From positions 1 to 38,924 of the forward strand of contig CAZXTI010000001.1 in NCBI GenBank assembly GCA_964643565.1: a DNA stretch of 38,924 bases, in the 5' to 3' direction. Positions 16,991 through 26,048 of this stretch are shown piece by piece. How positions within the stretch are numbered: the stretch's first letter is position 1; every line of letters starts with the position of its first letter. The translations under genes and the position numbers were made by a program. Source of the DNA: an uncultured Hyphomonas sp. (GTDB taxonomy: Bacteria > Pseudomonadota > Alphaproteobacteria > Caulobacterales > Hyphomonadaceae). Below the pieces are notes generated by a model. That model saw only the letters and a program-made list of their open reading frames with translations, searched no databases and was not told where the DNA came from.

Positions 16991-18190
16991 ATGAGTATTT
17001 TTTCAAAATTCGATCCTTATCTAGAGCGGCTAACAAAAGCACTCCAGATCGGTCGTAGTCCGGTGGGTATTCAGTTTGATGAAGTGATCTCGCCAACGCG
17101 GGGCATTATCGACGGCAAAGAAGTCATCCTTGTTGGCACCAATAATTATCTCGGCCTCACCTTCGACGAAACATGCATGAAGGCCGCCAAGGACGCAATC
17201 GACAGGCACGGAACCGGAACAACCGGCTCACGCGTTGCCAATGGAAACTATGTCGAACACGCCAAGCTCGAACAAGCCGTCTCAAAATTCATGGGCACAG
17301 CTTCAACCATCGTTTTCTCTACGGGCTACCAGACCAACCTTGCTGCAATCGCCGGTCTGACCGATGCCAAGGATCAGATATTTATCGATGCTGATAGTCA
17401 TGCCTGTATCTATGATGCGTGTCGCTTATCAACCGCTTCGACCATTCGGTTCCGCCATAACAATCCAGAAGACCTGGATAAGCGCTTGGCGCGTACGGAA
17501 AAACCTGAAGGCAATCGCCTCGTGGTCATCGAAGGCATGTATTCAATGTTTGGCGACCTGGCACCGATTGATGAATTTGTCGAAGTTACCCACAAGCATG
17601 GCGCGATGATCTATGTTGATGAAGCTCACTCATTTGGTAGCTTCGGGCCAACCGGGCGCGGGCTCGCTGAAGAACAAGGTGTGCTTGATCAAGTCGATTT
17701 CTATTCTGCGACTTTCTCAAAATCGCTCGCATCGATTGGCGGCTTTTGCACATCGCGCCACCCGCAGTTTGAGATGCTACGTGTGTCCCGGCCTTACATG
17801 TTCACGGCCTCTTCCTCCCCCTCTTCTATTTCGTCTGCACATGCCGCGCTTGATCGCATTGTCGAAACAAAGGGTGAGTTACACAAAAACCTTTGGGCGC
17901 GCTCTCGCCAGCTTCATAAAGGTCTCGCCGAGATGGGTTTTGAAATGGCCGCAGATGCCAGCCCCGTTATTGCTATTTTGCGCCCTGACGAAGAAACAGC
18001 CATCCGTGACTTCAACACATTGCTAGATCGCGGCGTCTATGTGAACTTTTCAGGCCCGCCAGCAACACCTGCTGGTATATCGCTTCTGCGCCTATCCTTA
18101 TCGACAGCGCACACAAAAGAAGACATCGATACCGTGCTCACCGTTTTCAAAACGCTTGCGCAAGATAATGAAGCAACGGCTGCCGAATAG
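16991..18190 (+). CDS. spt: Alpha-oxoamine synthase family enzyme, serine palmitoyltransferase-like
   Basis: 399-aa ORF with NNYLGL, DEAHSFG and PLP-lysine context TFSKSLASIGG. The context (ligase, reductase, ACP) favours Spt over BioF/Kbl. The symbol is tentative. Confidence 0.8.
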   Translation: MSIFSKFDPYLERLTKALQIGRSPVGIQFDEVISPTRGIIDGKEVILVGTNNYLGLTFDETCMKAAKDAIDRHGTGTTGSRVANGNYVEHAKLEQAVSKFMGTASTIVFSTGYQTNLAAIAGLTDAKDQIFIDADSHACIYDACRLSTASTIRFRHNNPEDLDKRLARTEKPEGNRLVVIEGMYSMFGDLAPIDEFVEVTHKHGAMIYVDEAHSFGSFGPTGRGLAEEQGVLDQVDFYSATFSKSLASIGGFCTSRHPQFEMLRVSRPYMFTASSSPSSISSAHAALDRIVETKGELHKNLWARSRQLHKGLAEMGFEMAADASPVIAILRPDEETAIRDFNTLLDRGVYVNFSGPPATPAGISLLRLSLSTAHTKEDIDTVLTVFKTLAQDNEATAAE

Positions 18191-18229
18191 CCTCACCGGG
18201 CTGGGTTTGTCAGACGGACCTTGCTTCTC

Positions 18230-18652
18230 ATGAGCAAATCGCCGCCTAGCGCCCGTCATGGATATTCCGGCAAACCTCTCTACCAAAAGCTCGGCCTAAA
18301 GCCCGGCATGCGCTACCTTACCATTGGCGCACCCGACCATTATCTGGATCTCGTCGCAGATGCTGAGGAGGTTTCCTTTTACACCCGCGCCAAAACCGCA
18401 GATGTGGTCCACCTCTTCTGCCGAAACCTCGCAGCCGCAGAAAAGAAAATTGAACCCGCCCTCACCCGCATTGCCGATAAGGGCATGTTGTGGGTCTCAT
18501 GGCCAAAGAAATCTTCGCCCCTCTATAAGGACCTAACCGAGAGCGATTTTCGGCGTCTGATTCTGCCCTTGGGCTGGGTAGATGTGAAAGTTTGCGCCGT
18601 TGATCAGGACTGGTCTGCCCTAAAGCTTCTAAGGCGTAAGACCCCAGCCTAA
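18230..18652 (+). CDS. DUF3052 family protein
   Basis: GYSGKPLYQKLGLKPGMRY...MLWVSWPKKSS...GWVDVKVCAVDQDWSALKL fits DUF3052 as I recall it. ATG 18230 is preferred over TTG 18221. Confidence 0.65.
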   Translation: MSKSPPSARHGYSGKPLYQKLGLKPGMRYLTIGAPDHYLDLVADAEEVSFYTRAKTADVVHLFCRNLAAAEKKIEPALTRIADKGMLWVSWPKKSSPLYKDLTESDFRRLILPLGWVDVKVCAVDQDWSALKLLRRKTPA

Positions 18653-18674
18653 GCGGTCATACCGATAAATAGCC

Positions 18675-19373
18675 CTACGAACTAAACTTTTTCCAGATGG
18701 CATCGCTGCCAAGACCTTCAATATGTTTGGCGTGAGCAGCCTCTTCGCTGGAAAGGAGCCGGGGCGGCAATGGTTTCGGCCGCGTAACGGCCTTTTTCCG
18801 CGTGATATTCCCTTTTGCTGGGCCTTCAAATTCAAAAGCACGCGCCCGCCCGCCAAGCAATTCCAGATACACAGTTGCCAATAATTGCGCATCGAGCAAA
18901 GCGCCGTGAAGCGTCCGGCTTTCCAGGGACACATCAAACCGCTTGCATAAAGCGTCGAGCGATGCAGGCGCGCCTGGATATTTTTTCCGTGCGATCTGCA
19001 CTGTATCTACCCAGCGGATCTCTGGGATAGGCTTGCGGCCACAGCGTTTAAGCTCAGCATTCAGAAAGCCCCGGTCAAAAGCAGCATTATGAGCCACAAT
19101 CGTGGAATCACCGATGAATTCCAAAAAGGAACCCACAATTGATGGGTCCTCAAAAGGAGGTTTATCTTTCAGGTCTTCATCCGTGATACCTGTAATGCGG
19201 ATCGTCGCTTCGGAGACTTTACGGCCCGGATTTATAAACCGGCGAAACGTCTTGCCTGTCGGTATATGATTGATCAGCTCAACAGCGCCAAGCTCAATAA
19301 TCCGGTCATCGCCCGACCAATCAAGGCCAGTGGTTTCCGTATCAAAGGAGATTTCTCTTAAGGTCTCACCCAT
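18675..19373 (-). CDS. dnaQ: DNA polymerase III epsilon subunit (3'-5' exonuclease)
   Basis: 232-aa ORF with Exo I ISFDTETTGLD, Exo II VAHNAAFDRGFL and Exo III HGALLDAQLLATVY. Confidence 0.9.
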   Translation of the reverse strand: MGETLREISFDTETTGLDWSGDDRIIELGAVELINHIPTGKTFRRFINPGRKVSEATIRITGITDEDLKDKPPFEDPSIVGSFLEFIGDSTIVAHNAAFDRGFLNAELKRCGRKPIPEIRWVDTVQIARKKYPGAPASLDALCKRFDVSLESRTLHGALLDAQLLATVYLELLGGRARAFEFEGPAKGNITRKKAVTRPKPLPPRLLSSEEAAHAKHIEGLGSDAIWKKFSS

Positions 19374-19374
19374 A

Positions 19375-19983
19375 TCAATCCTCGGTATCGTCGCCTTGCT
19401 TCAAGAGTTCTGTAATAGCACGCACGTGTTTTGCGGTGAATTCAAACCCAAAAGCTGTGGAAATAACAAAGTCAGCCCGGGCGCGTTTTTCAGCATTCGG
19501 GACCTGTTTGGCGAGGATTTTCTCAAATTCTGTCTCATCCATCGTTGCACGCGCCAAAACGCGGGCGCGCTGAACCTCTAAAGGTGCGCTGACAACCGCC
19601 ACATAATCACACGCCTTATCCCCGCCCGTCTCAAATAAAAGCGGAATATCAAGCACGGCAAACGGCTCATCCGCCTCCTGAACACGCGCCCGAAAAGCCA
19701 TCTGGCTGCCAGCAACCAAGGGATGGACGATATTGTTTAGCTCAGACAAAGCCTCCGGCGTCTTCAGCACGATATCGCGAAGCCGATCACGCACAATCGC
19801 GCCCGCCTCCACGACGCCCGGAAAAGCAGCACCGACAGGATCAACAGCTGCTCCGCCCTTCGCATAAAGAGCATGGACCGCAGCGTCCGCGTCATAAACC
19901 GGCACGCCAGCCTCGGCGAACATTTTTGCTGTCGCCGTCTTCCCCATGCCGATTGATCCTGTGAGGCCCAAAAACTTGGTCAT
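19375..19983 (-). CDS. coaE: Dephospho-CoA kinase
   Basis: 202-aa ORF with P-loop GLTGSIGMGKT and DIPLLFE. Confidence 0.9.
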   Translation of the reverse strand: MTKFLGLTGSIGMGKTATAKMFAEAGVPVYDADAAVHALYAKGGAAVDPVGAAFPGVVEAGAIVRDRLRDIVLKTPEALSELNNIVHPLVAGSQMAFRARVQEADEPFAVLDIPLLFETGGDKACDYVAVVSAPLEVQRARVLARATMDETEFEKILAKQVPNAEKRARADFVISTAFGFEFTAKHVRAITELLKQGDDTED

Positions 19984-20798
19984 GCCATCTCCAAAACACT
20001 TCGGGCGCGCTGTAAGCCCTTTTCAACATCCGGCATAATTTTAAACCATCGGTCAAAAGAAAAAGCCGCCTGATAGACTAACATGGAAAGCCCGTCCGCG
20101 GTTTTCCACCCCTGCGCGGCTGCGGGCACCAATACGCTCTTAGCCGCTTTGCCATAAGAAATATCATAAAGGCAGGTTCCGTTCCCCGCCAGTAGATCAA
20201 GGTGCTTACCCGCAAAGCCAATGCTCGTTGTATTGACCACGATATCGAAACTAGCAGCCGTGCGCAGGGCATCAGAAAATTCGATCAGGCTTATATCCCT
20301 ATGCTGAAAATCTGCAGCCAGATTATCAGCCCTCTCCCGCGTTCGGTTCGCAAGCGTAACCCCCACACCGTTTTCACACAAAGCATAAACAACCGCGCGC
20401 GCTGCCCCCCCTGCTCCCAGAACGAGCGCACGCTTGCCCGTGATTGGCTCCTCAAATAGCGGCGTTAGCGCAGCGATAAATCCGGGCGCGTCGGTATTGT
20501 CTGCGCCCCATGTTCCCTCGCCTGTTCGCCAAAGCGTATTCGCAGAGCCTATCGCTTTTGCGCGCGGTGTTATATCAGCTGAAAGCTTTAGCGCCTCTAT
20601 CTTGTGCGGCATGGTGACATTTAAGCCCTTCACACCGCGATGCGCCAATATCTCTAGCGCTGAAGGAAGATCGCCGCTTGCGACTTGAAACCCGCGATAG
20701 TTGCTAACCACGCCATGATCGCGCATCCACCCATTGTGAATTAATGGCGACAATGATTGCGCGATCGGATCCCCAACAACACCATAAGTCCGGTTCAT
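19980..20798 (-). CDS. aroE: Shikimate 5-dehydrogenase
   Basis: 272-aa ORF with GVVGDPIAQSLSPLIHN, NVTMPHK, NTDAPGF and GAGGAARAV. It overlaps coaE by 4 nt. Confidence 0.9.
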   Translation of the reverse strand: MNRTYGVVGDPIAQSLSPLIHNGWMRDHGVVSNYRGFQVASGDLPSALEILAHRGVKGLNVTMPHKIEALKLSADITPRAKAIGSANTLWRTGEGTWGADNTDAPGFIAALTPLFEEPITGKRALVLGAGGAARAVVYALCENGVGVTLANRTRERADNLAADFQHRDISLIEFSDALRTAASFDIVVNTTSIGFAGKHLDLLAGNGTCLYDISYGKAAKSVLVPAAAQGWKTADGLSMLVYQAAFSFDRWFKIMPDVEKGLQRARSVLEMA

Positions 20799-21391
20799 GT
20801 CTGCAATACTCCGCGCGCGCGCAGATAGTCCTGTAGCGGCAACAAGGGCAGGCCAAGAATTGAAAAATAATCACCCTCAATCTTGGAGAATAGCTGGCTG
20901 CCGAGGCTTTCTAATTTATATCCGCCGACGGTTGAAAGAAGGTCATCGCCCAGATGATCAATATAGTGCGCAATAAATTCGTCCGATAAATCGCGCATCG
21001 TTAAGTGCGGGCGCGCAAGGCGCCGCCAGATGATTTTCCCCTCTTGCGCGATAACGATTGCTGTTTCCAATATATGTGTTTGGCCAGATAAAGCCTTTAG
21101 GTGACTGCGCGCGCCTGCCAAGTCCTTTGGTTTATCAAAAGCCTGATCCCCAAGCGCCAGCATTTGATCCCCGCCAATGACAAGACCTGTTTCACTTTTG
21201 GATATTTTTATCGCCTTCAGCTCAGCCAGTTGCATGGCCTGCTCACCAATCGACAGGGCTTGCGCCCGCATTGCGATTTTCGCCGTCTCTTCATCGACAT
21301 TGGGCTTTATCGCTATGGCTTTAATGCCCGCGTTTTCCAAGAGCTGCCTGCGGCTAGCACTGCCAGATGCGAGGATAAGTCTTTGGCTCAT
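20795..21391 (-). CDS. maf: Maf-like nucleoside triphosphate pyrophosphatase
   Basis: 198-aa ORF with LILASGSASRRQLL, GGDQ and GGYKLE. It has 4-nt overlaps on both sides. Confidence 0.9.
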   Translation of the reverse strand: MSQRLILASGSASRRQLLENAGIKAIAIKPNVDEETAKIAMRAQALSIGEQAMQLAELKAIKISKSETGLVIGGDQMLALGDQAFDKPKDLAGARSHLKALSGQTHILETAIVIAQEGKIIWRRLARPHLTMRDLSDEFIAHYIDHLGDDLLSTVGGYKLESLGSQLFSKIEGDYFSILGLPLLPLQDYLRARGVLQT

Positions 21392-22209
21392 TGCGCCGCT
21401 CGCCGGGACAACGCGTTCAAAATCGCGGCTGCTGTTTCCTCAATCGAGCGACGGGAAACATCAATAACCTTCCAGCCATTGCGCTCAAACAGACGGTTTG
21501 CCTCAACCACTTCCGCGCGCACCGCCGCCTCATCAACATATTCGGTTTCAGATTTTTCATTGAGGCTCAAAAGGCGCTGACGGCGGATTTGCACGAGCCG
21601 TTCCGGGCTGACCTTCAAACCAACAATGAGTGGTTTTGAAAATGCGTTTAAATCAATCGGCAGCGGGATACCCGGAACAAGGGGGATGTTCCCCGCCCTT
21701 ACCCCGCGATTGCCAAGATAAACACATGTTGGCGTCTTCGATGTACGGCTAACGCCTAAGAGGATCACATCCGCATCGACCAAGCCTTCAACATTCTGAC
21801 CATCATCATGGGCCAGCGTATAGTCGAGTGCTTGCATGCGATCGAAATAGTCGGTGTCCATTTTATATTGCCCGGCCGTTCGCGAGGTTGATGCAACGCC
21901 CAAATGCCGGCTCAGCATATGCACGGCCTGATCAAGGACCGGGAGGGCTTGAAAGCCATTTTCTTTGCAAAACGCAACAAGTTGATCGCGCAATTCCGGA
22001 TCTGAAATTGTGTACCAGACAACGCCCGGATACTTTTCTATATCTCCTAAAACCCGCGTCAGGTGCTTTTTCGAGCGCACCAGATAATAGGTGTGTTCAA
22101 TGTGCTGTATGCCATTAAACTGCGCTGAAGCCGCGCGCAAAATAGCGTTTAGCGTTTCACCCGTAGAATCTGAAACAAGGTGAACATTGAAATAGATAGA
22201 AAGCCGCAT
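21388..22209 (-). CDS. Pyruvate, phosphate dikinase / PEP synthase regulatory protein (DUF299, PpsR/PDRP family)
   Basis: 273-aa ORF with HLVSDSTGETL and P-loop-like GVSRTSKTP. It is the first gene of the operon diverging from the predicted origin, like Caulobacter CC0001. Confidence 0.9.
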   Translation of the reverse strand: MRLSIYFNVHLVSDSTGETLNAILRAASAQFNGIQHIEHTYYLVRSKKHLTRVLGDIEKYPGVVWYTISDPELRDQLVAFCKENGFQALPVLDQAVHMLSRHLGVASTSRTAGQYKMDTDYFDRMQALDYTLAHDDGQNVEGLVDADVILLGVSRTSKTPTCVYLGNRGVRAGNIPLVPGIPLPIDLNAFSKPLIVGLKVSPERLVQIRRQRLLSLNEKSETEYVDEAAVRAEVVEANRLFERNGWKVIDVSRRSIEETAAAILNALSRRAAQ

Positions 22210-22373
22210 GGAAAACCTTTTCCTTAGCCTACTTTCATGCCGGAAGCGTATTCTGACAGCAAGCCCTGTGGGTAAGTTGTGGAAGAAAACATTGTTACTG
22301 ATTTATCGTAGATTAGCGCACACCAACACGTTCCTCATGCCGCATGTTCACATCCTGTCCCATGCTGTGACTC

Positions 22374-22392
22374 AAGGTTAATGAAAGGTTAA
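22374..22392. repeat. 19-nt element AAGGTTAATGAAAGGTTAA, copy 1 (contains TTAA-N7-TTAA at 22378-22392)
   Basis: Exact match to 27268-27286. The minus strand reads TTAACCTTTCATTAACCTT, which fits TTAA-N7-TTAAC. Confidence 0.8.
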
Positions 22393-22489
22393 TTTTTCTA
22401 TAAGAGTCCAAAGGTTAACAAAATATGAAGCGACCTTTTGTCCTGTGGAGAAGGTGTGCAGTTCTAATTTCATCTCGCTCGTGATTTAG

Positions 22490-22507
22490 TTATCCACTGT
22501 TTCCACA
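22490..22507 (+). promoter_or_regulatory. Tandem DnaA-box-like 9-mers
   Basis: TTATCCACt (22490-22498) matches TTATCCACA at 8/9. It is followed directly by gTtTCCACA (22499-22507, 7/9). Confidence 0.65.
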
Positions 22508-22536
22508 GACTAATAATAATAAGCAAAAATAGATTT

Positions 22537-23595
22537 TTGAAAAAAGGTGGGCCCTTGGCTGACAAATACGATAAACCCTTACGCTCAACACTGCTTGGTA
22601 ACCGGCAGTCAAAGCCACCTGTCTGGATGATGAGACAGGCCGGGCGTCACTTGCCTGAATATTTAGAGCTAAGAGAGCGTGCAAAGGATTTTCTCGATTT
22701 TTGCTACACACCGTCTCTAGCTACAGAGGCCACACTCCAACCGATCCGGCGCTATGGCATGGATGGAGCGATCCTGTTTGCAGATATCTTGCTCATATTA
22801 GATGCGATGGGATTGGATGTAAGATTTGAAAAAGGGGTCGGTCCACTCGTTCAACAAATCAATGCGCCAGAAGATTTAAAGAACGTACCTTTAACCCAAG
22901 TCGCTGATCGCTTGTCGCCCGTCTATGAAACGGTCTCGCGGGTAAAAGCGAACCTTCCTGATGAAACAACACTAATAGGATTTGCAGGATCGCCCTGGAC
23001 GGTTGCACTCTATGCACTTGAAGGGCGCGGTAAGACAGATAAATCTTTTTCGCGTGGCTGGGCGCATGGCCGTTCTGAAGATTTGAGCGAGGTCCTAACG
23101 ATAATTGCTGATGCAAGTGCTCACTATCTTGCCCGACAGGTCGAAGCCGGCGCCGATGTGCTGATGCTGTTTGATAGCTGGGCTGAGGGTTTGCCGAGTG
23201 ATATTTTTAAGGAAATCATTATTGCCCCGACCAAGTATCTCATCAAGAAACTGCGTGATCTTGGTGTCAGTGTTCCAATTATCGGGTTTCCGCGCGGTGC
23301 AGGCGCTATGCTGCCAGTCTATGTTGAAGAGACAGGGGTAAACGGCGTTGGTTTGGATACAGCCGCCGTACCAGAATTTATCAATAGCAGCCTGCCGAAA
23401 GACTTCCCTGTTCAGGGCCATCTCGACCCTCTCCTGCTGATCGAAGGCGGAAAGCGCTTAGATAAACGTGTCGAGACATTGATCGATGCCTATTCTGATC
23501 GCCCGCATATCTTCAATCTCGGTCATGGTGTCCTGCCGCAAACTCCGATAAAACATGTCGAGCGTGTTCTGGAAATTATTAGAGGCAATGCCTGA
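22537..23595 (+). CDS. hemE: Uroporphyrinogen decarboxylase
   Basis: 352-aa ORF with PPVWMMRQAGRHLPEY and other HemE motifs. The start is ambiguous: TTG 22537 as in the track, or in-frame TTG 22555, which is preceded by AAGGTGG. Confidence 0.93.
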   Translation: MKKGGPLADKYDKPLRSTLLGNRQSKPPVWMMRQAGRHLPEYLELRERAKDFLDFCYTPSLATEATLQPIRRYGMDGAILFADILLILDAMGLDVRFEKGVGPLVQQINAPEDLKNVPLTQVADRLSPVYETVSRVKANLPDETTLIGFAGSPWTVALYALEGRGKTDKSFSRGWAHGRSEDLSEVLTIIADASAHYLARQVEAGADVLMLFDSWAEGLPSDIFKEIIIAPTKYLIKKLRDLGVSVPIIGFPRGAGAMLPVYVEETGVNGVGLDTAAVPEFINSSLPKDFPVQGHLDPLLLIEGGKRLDKRVETLIDAYSDRPHIFNLGHGVLPQTPIKHVERVLEIIRGNA

Positions 23596-24041
23596 TGCTG
23601 GCTCCATATTACCTGCTATTCAAATCTCTGCATATTATCGCGGTCATTGTCTGGATGGCGGGTATATTGATGTATCCAAGACTTAAAATCTATCAGCTGC
23701 GCGATGAAACCGGCGGCAAACTTTTTGAGGAAATGAAGCTGGCGGGTGTGCGCTTGCGTAAAATCATTATGACGCCTGCTATGTTAGGAACTTGGCTCTT
23801 TGGATTTTTGATGATTGCCGCCAACCCAGCGATTATTAGCGCAGGCGGGCCGCTATGGTTCATCTTCAAATTTGCGATTGTTCTGGTTTTAAGCGGGTTT
23901 CATGGCTGGTTTGTTGCTCAAGGTAAAAAGATAGACGCTGGCGCCCCGCAAGTCACAGAGCGCACGCTGCGCATTCTCAATGAGGTCCCTGCAATTGGGA
24001 TGGTCATCATTGTCTTTCTGGTTATTTTTAAACCCTTCTGA
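23595..24041 (+). CDS. hemJ: Protoporphyrinogen IX oxidase HemJ (CopD-like membrane protein)
   Basis: 148-aa ORF with 4 TM helices and SLHIIAVIVWMAGILMYPRL. Its ATG overlaps the hemE TGA by 1 nt. Confidence 0.85.
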   Translation: MLAPYYLLFKSLHIIAVIVWMAGILMYPRLKIYQLRDETGGKLFEEMKLAGVRLRKIIMTPAMLGTWLFGFLMIAANPAIISAGGPLWFIFKFAIVLVLSGFHGWFVAQGKKIDAGAPQVTERTLRILNEVPAIGMVIIVFLVIFKPF

Positions 24042-24197
24042 GATTCTCACAGCTTAGTTACTTCCAACCGAAAGTTTTACTTGACCTTATTATCTCTACA
24101 CGAGATACAAAACCTAATTGCGAAGTGCCCAATATATATTCCGGGCCTACTCTCCTCCCTCTCGCGATATTCTTCAAATATTTAGGATCGATGTAAA

Positions 24198-25493
24198 ATG
24201 GCTGATACAGCTACAGATGTTAAAACGCAGATTACACTGCGAGAGCTTAAAGGTAAGTCGCCCAAAGAGCTCGTCGAATATGCTGAATCTCTGGATGTTG
24301 AAGCTGCGCAGGCAATGCGCACACAGGATCTTCTGTTTGCCATTCTGAGGGAGTTGGCAGACCGGGACATTGAGATTATCGGGACAGGCGTTCTGGAAGT
24401 TCTGTCCGATGGCTTCGGTTTTCTTAGATCACCAGAATCGAACTATTTGCCAGGCCCCGATGATATTTATGTAAACCCAAAACTCTTAAAGAAAACAGGG
24501 CTTCGCACGGGTGACACAATCGAAGGACCGCTCAAAAGCCCGAAAGGCGATGAGCGCTATTTTGCCCTTGATGATGTAAGCTCGATCAATTTCGAAGCGC
24601 CCGAAAAAGCCAAAGATAAAGTTCACTTCGACAACCTAACGCCGCTTTATCCTGAAGAGCGCTTGATGATGGAGTCAAAGGATCCAACGAAAAAGGATCG
24701 CTCCGGACGCGTTATTGATATTGTTGCGCCAATCGGTAAAGGCCAGCGCGCTCTGATTGTTGCCCCGCCGCGTACTGGTAAAACCGTACTCTTGCAAAAT
24801 ATCGCCTCCTCCATCGAGGAAAATCACCCGGAATGCTACCTGATCGTACTTTTGATCGACGAGCGACCTGAAGAGGTGACCGACATGCGCCGCACCGTAA
24901 AAGGTGAAGTGATCGCATCGACATTTGATGAGCCGGCGACGCGCCACGTTTCAGTTGCTGAAATGGTTATCGAAAAAGCAAAACGCCTGTCAGAGCATGG
25001 CCGGGATGTGGTTATTCTGCTCGATTCTATCACCCGACTTGGCCGCGCCTACAACACAACCGTGCCAAGTTCCGGAAAGGTACTCACCGGCGGTGTCGAT
25101 GCAAACGCACTTCAACGCCCGAAACGCTTTTTCGGCGCCGCCCGCAATATCGAAAATGGCGGGTCTTTGACAATTGTTGCTACCGCGCTAATCGATACCG
25201 GATCGCGCATGGATGAAGTTATCTTTGAAGAATTTAAAGGCACCGGTAACTCTGAAGTTATTCTTGATCGTAAGATCGCCGACAAACGGACCTTCCCTGC
25301 CATTGATATTATGAAGTCAGGCACACGTAAGGAAGAGTTAATAACGCCGAAAGAGCACATGCAGAAAATTCATGTCTTGCGCCGTATTCTCAACCCGATG
25401 GGAACCACGGACGCAGTTGACTTCCTGCTTGATCGCTTGAAGCAAACGAAGACAAACGAAGAATTCTTCGAGCTAATGAATAAAGCGAACTAA
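24198..25493 (+). CDS. rho: Transcription termination factor Rho
   Basis: 431-aa ORF with an N-terminal RNA-binding domain ([14 protein letters not shown]), Walker A PPRTGKT and [10 protein letters not shown]. Confidence 0.97.
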   Translation: MADTATDVKTQITLRELKGKSPKELVEYAESLDVEAAQAMRTQDLLFAILRELADRDIEIIGTGVLEVLSDGFGFLRSPESNYLPGPDDIYVNPKLLKKTGLRTGDTIEGPLKSPKGDERYFALDDVSSINFEAPEKAKDKVHFDNLTPLYPEERLMMESKDPTKKDRSGRVIDIVAPIGKGQRALIVAPPRTGKTVLLQNIASSIEENHPECYLIVLLIDERPEEVTDMRRTVKGEVIASTFDEPATRHVSVAEMVIEKAKRLSEHGRDVVILLDSITRLGRAYNTTVPSSGKVLTGGVDANALQRPKRFFGAARNIENGGSLTIVATALIDTGSRMDEVIFEEFKGTGNSEVILDRKIADKRTFPAIDIMKSGTRKEELITPKEHMQKIHVLRRILNPMGTTDAVDFLLDRLKQTKTNEEFFELMNKAN

Positions 25494-25507
25494 TCAAATT
25501 TAGGTTC

Positions 25508-25547
25508 AAAAAAAGGGCCGCATCCAATATTTTGGTGCGGCCCTTTT
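25508..25547. terminator. Bidirectional rho-independent terminator between rho and the OMP gene
   Basis: An A run (25508-25514) precedes GGGCCGCA (25515-22), which pairs with TGCGGCCC (25536-43). An inner CCA/TGG extension lengthens the stem, and TTTT (25544-47) follows. Confidence 0.8.
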
Positions 25548-25568
25548 GTATTCGTATGTGTCTCTATT

Positions 25569-26048
25569 TTAGAAACTGTATACCACACCGGCCCGCACGC
25601 CGATTGTGTCAAATGCAATTGTATCGAGAACTGGGCGGAAAGAGAGCTTGTCATTTAGCGCATATTGGAAACCGGCGCCTAATGTATAATCGCCGTCGCT
25701 ACCAAAGCCATCAAAGTTAAACTCACGGTATCCAACGCGGCCAAATACAGCCAGATCTGTATCGAGCCGGTAGCCAAGGTTGCCAGTAAAGCCCCATGTG
25801 AAGTCGACAAAACTTTCTTCTGACCAGTGGATTTCAGCTTCACCTGCGACGTAGAATTGTTCGTTTAGGGCAAAACTGTAACCAGCTGCGCCGCCAAGTA
25901 TGATTTGATCAAAACCAGCCTCGCCGTTTTCATAACCGACCTCGCCAGCTACATATGGTCCAATGAATGGGTCACCATCCTGAGCGGCCGCAGCGCCGGT
26001 GAGCATAACTGTCGTAAGTGCAGAGGCAGCAATTAGTTTCTTAAGCAT
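25569..26048 (-). CDS. Small outer-membrane beta-barrel protein (OmpA-like beta-barrel / opacity-porin family)
   Basis: 159-aa ORF with signal peptide ending AAAQ, alternating aromatic/Gly beta-strand pattern and a C-terminal ...GVVYSF. Confidence 0.8.
   Translation of the reverse strand: MLKKLIAASALTTVMLTGAAAAQDGDPFIGPYVAGEVGYENGEAGFDQIILGGAAGYSFALNEQFYVAGEAEIHWSEESFVDFTWGFTGNLGYRLDTDLAVFGRVGYREFNFDGFGSDGDYTLGAGFQYALNDKLSFRPVLDTIAFDTIGVRAGVVYSF

Larger units (their letters stand above)
22210..22536. other. oriC: Predicted chromosomal replication origin (oriC, Caulobacter Cori-type)
   Basis: Non-coding gap between divergent DUF299 and hemE. It holds 5 DnaA-box-like 9-mers, one full CtrA-type box and one half site, 2 GANTC sites, and a 35-nt tract that is 89% A/T (22511-22545). 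Details are in the findings. Confidence 0.75.

Noticed and set aside
22369-22408. Two GANTC (CcrM-type) sites in the origin region, considered as evidence of methylation control.
   Set aside because: Two sites in 327 bp is close to the random expectation of about 1.3. They are mentioned as context only, not as independent evidence.
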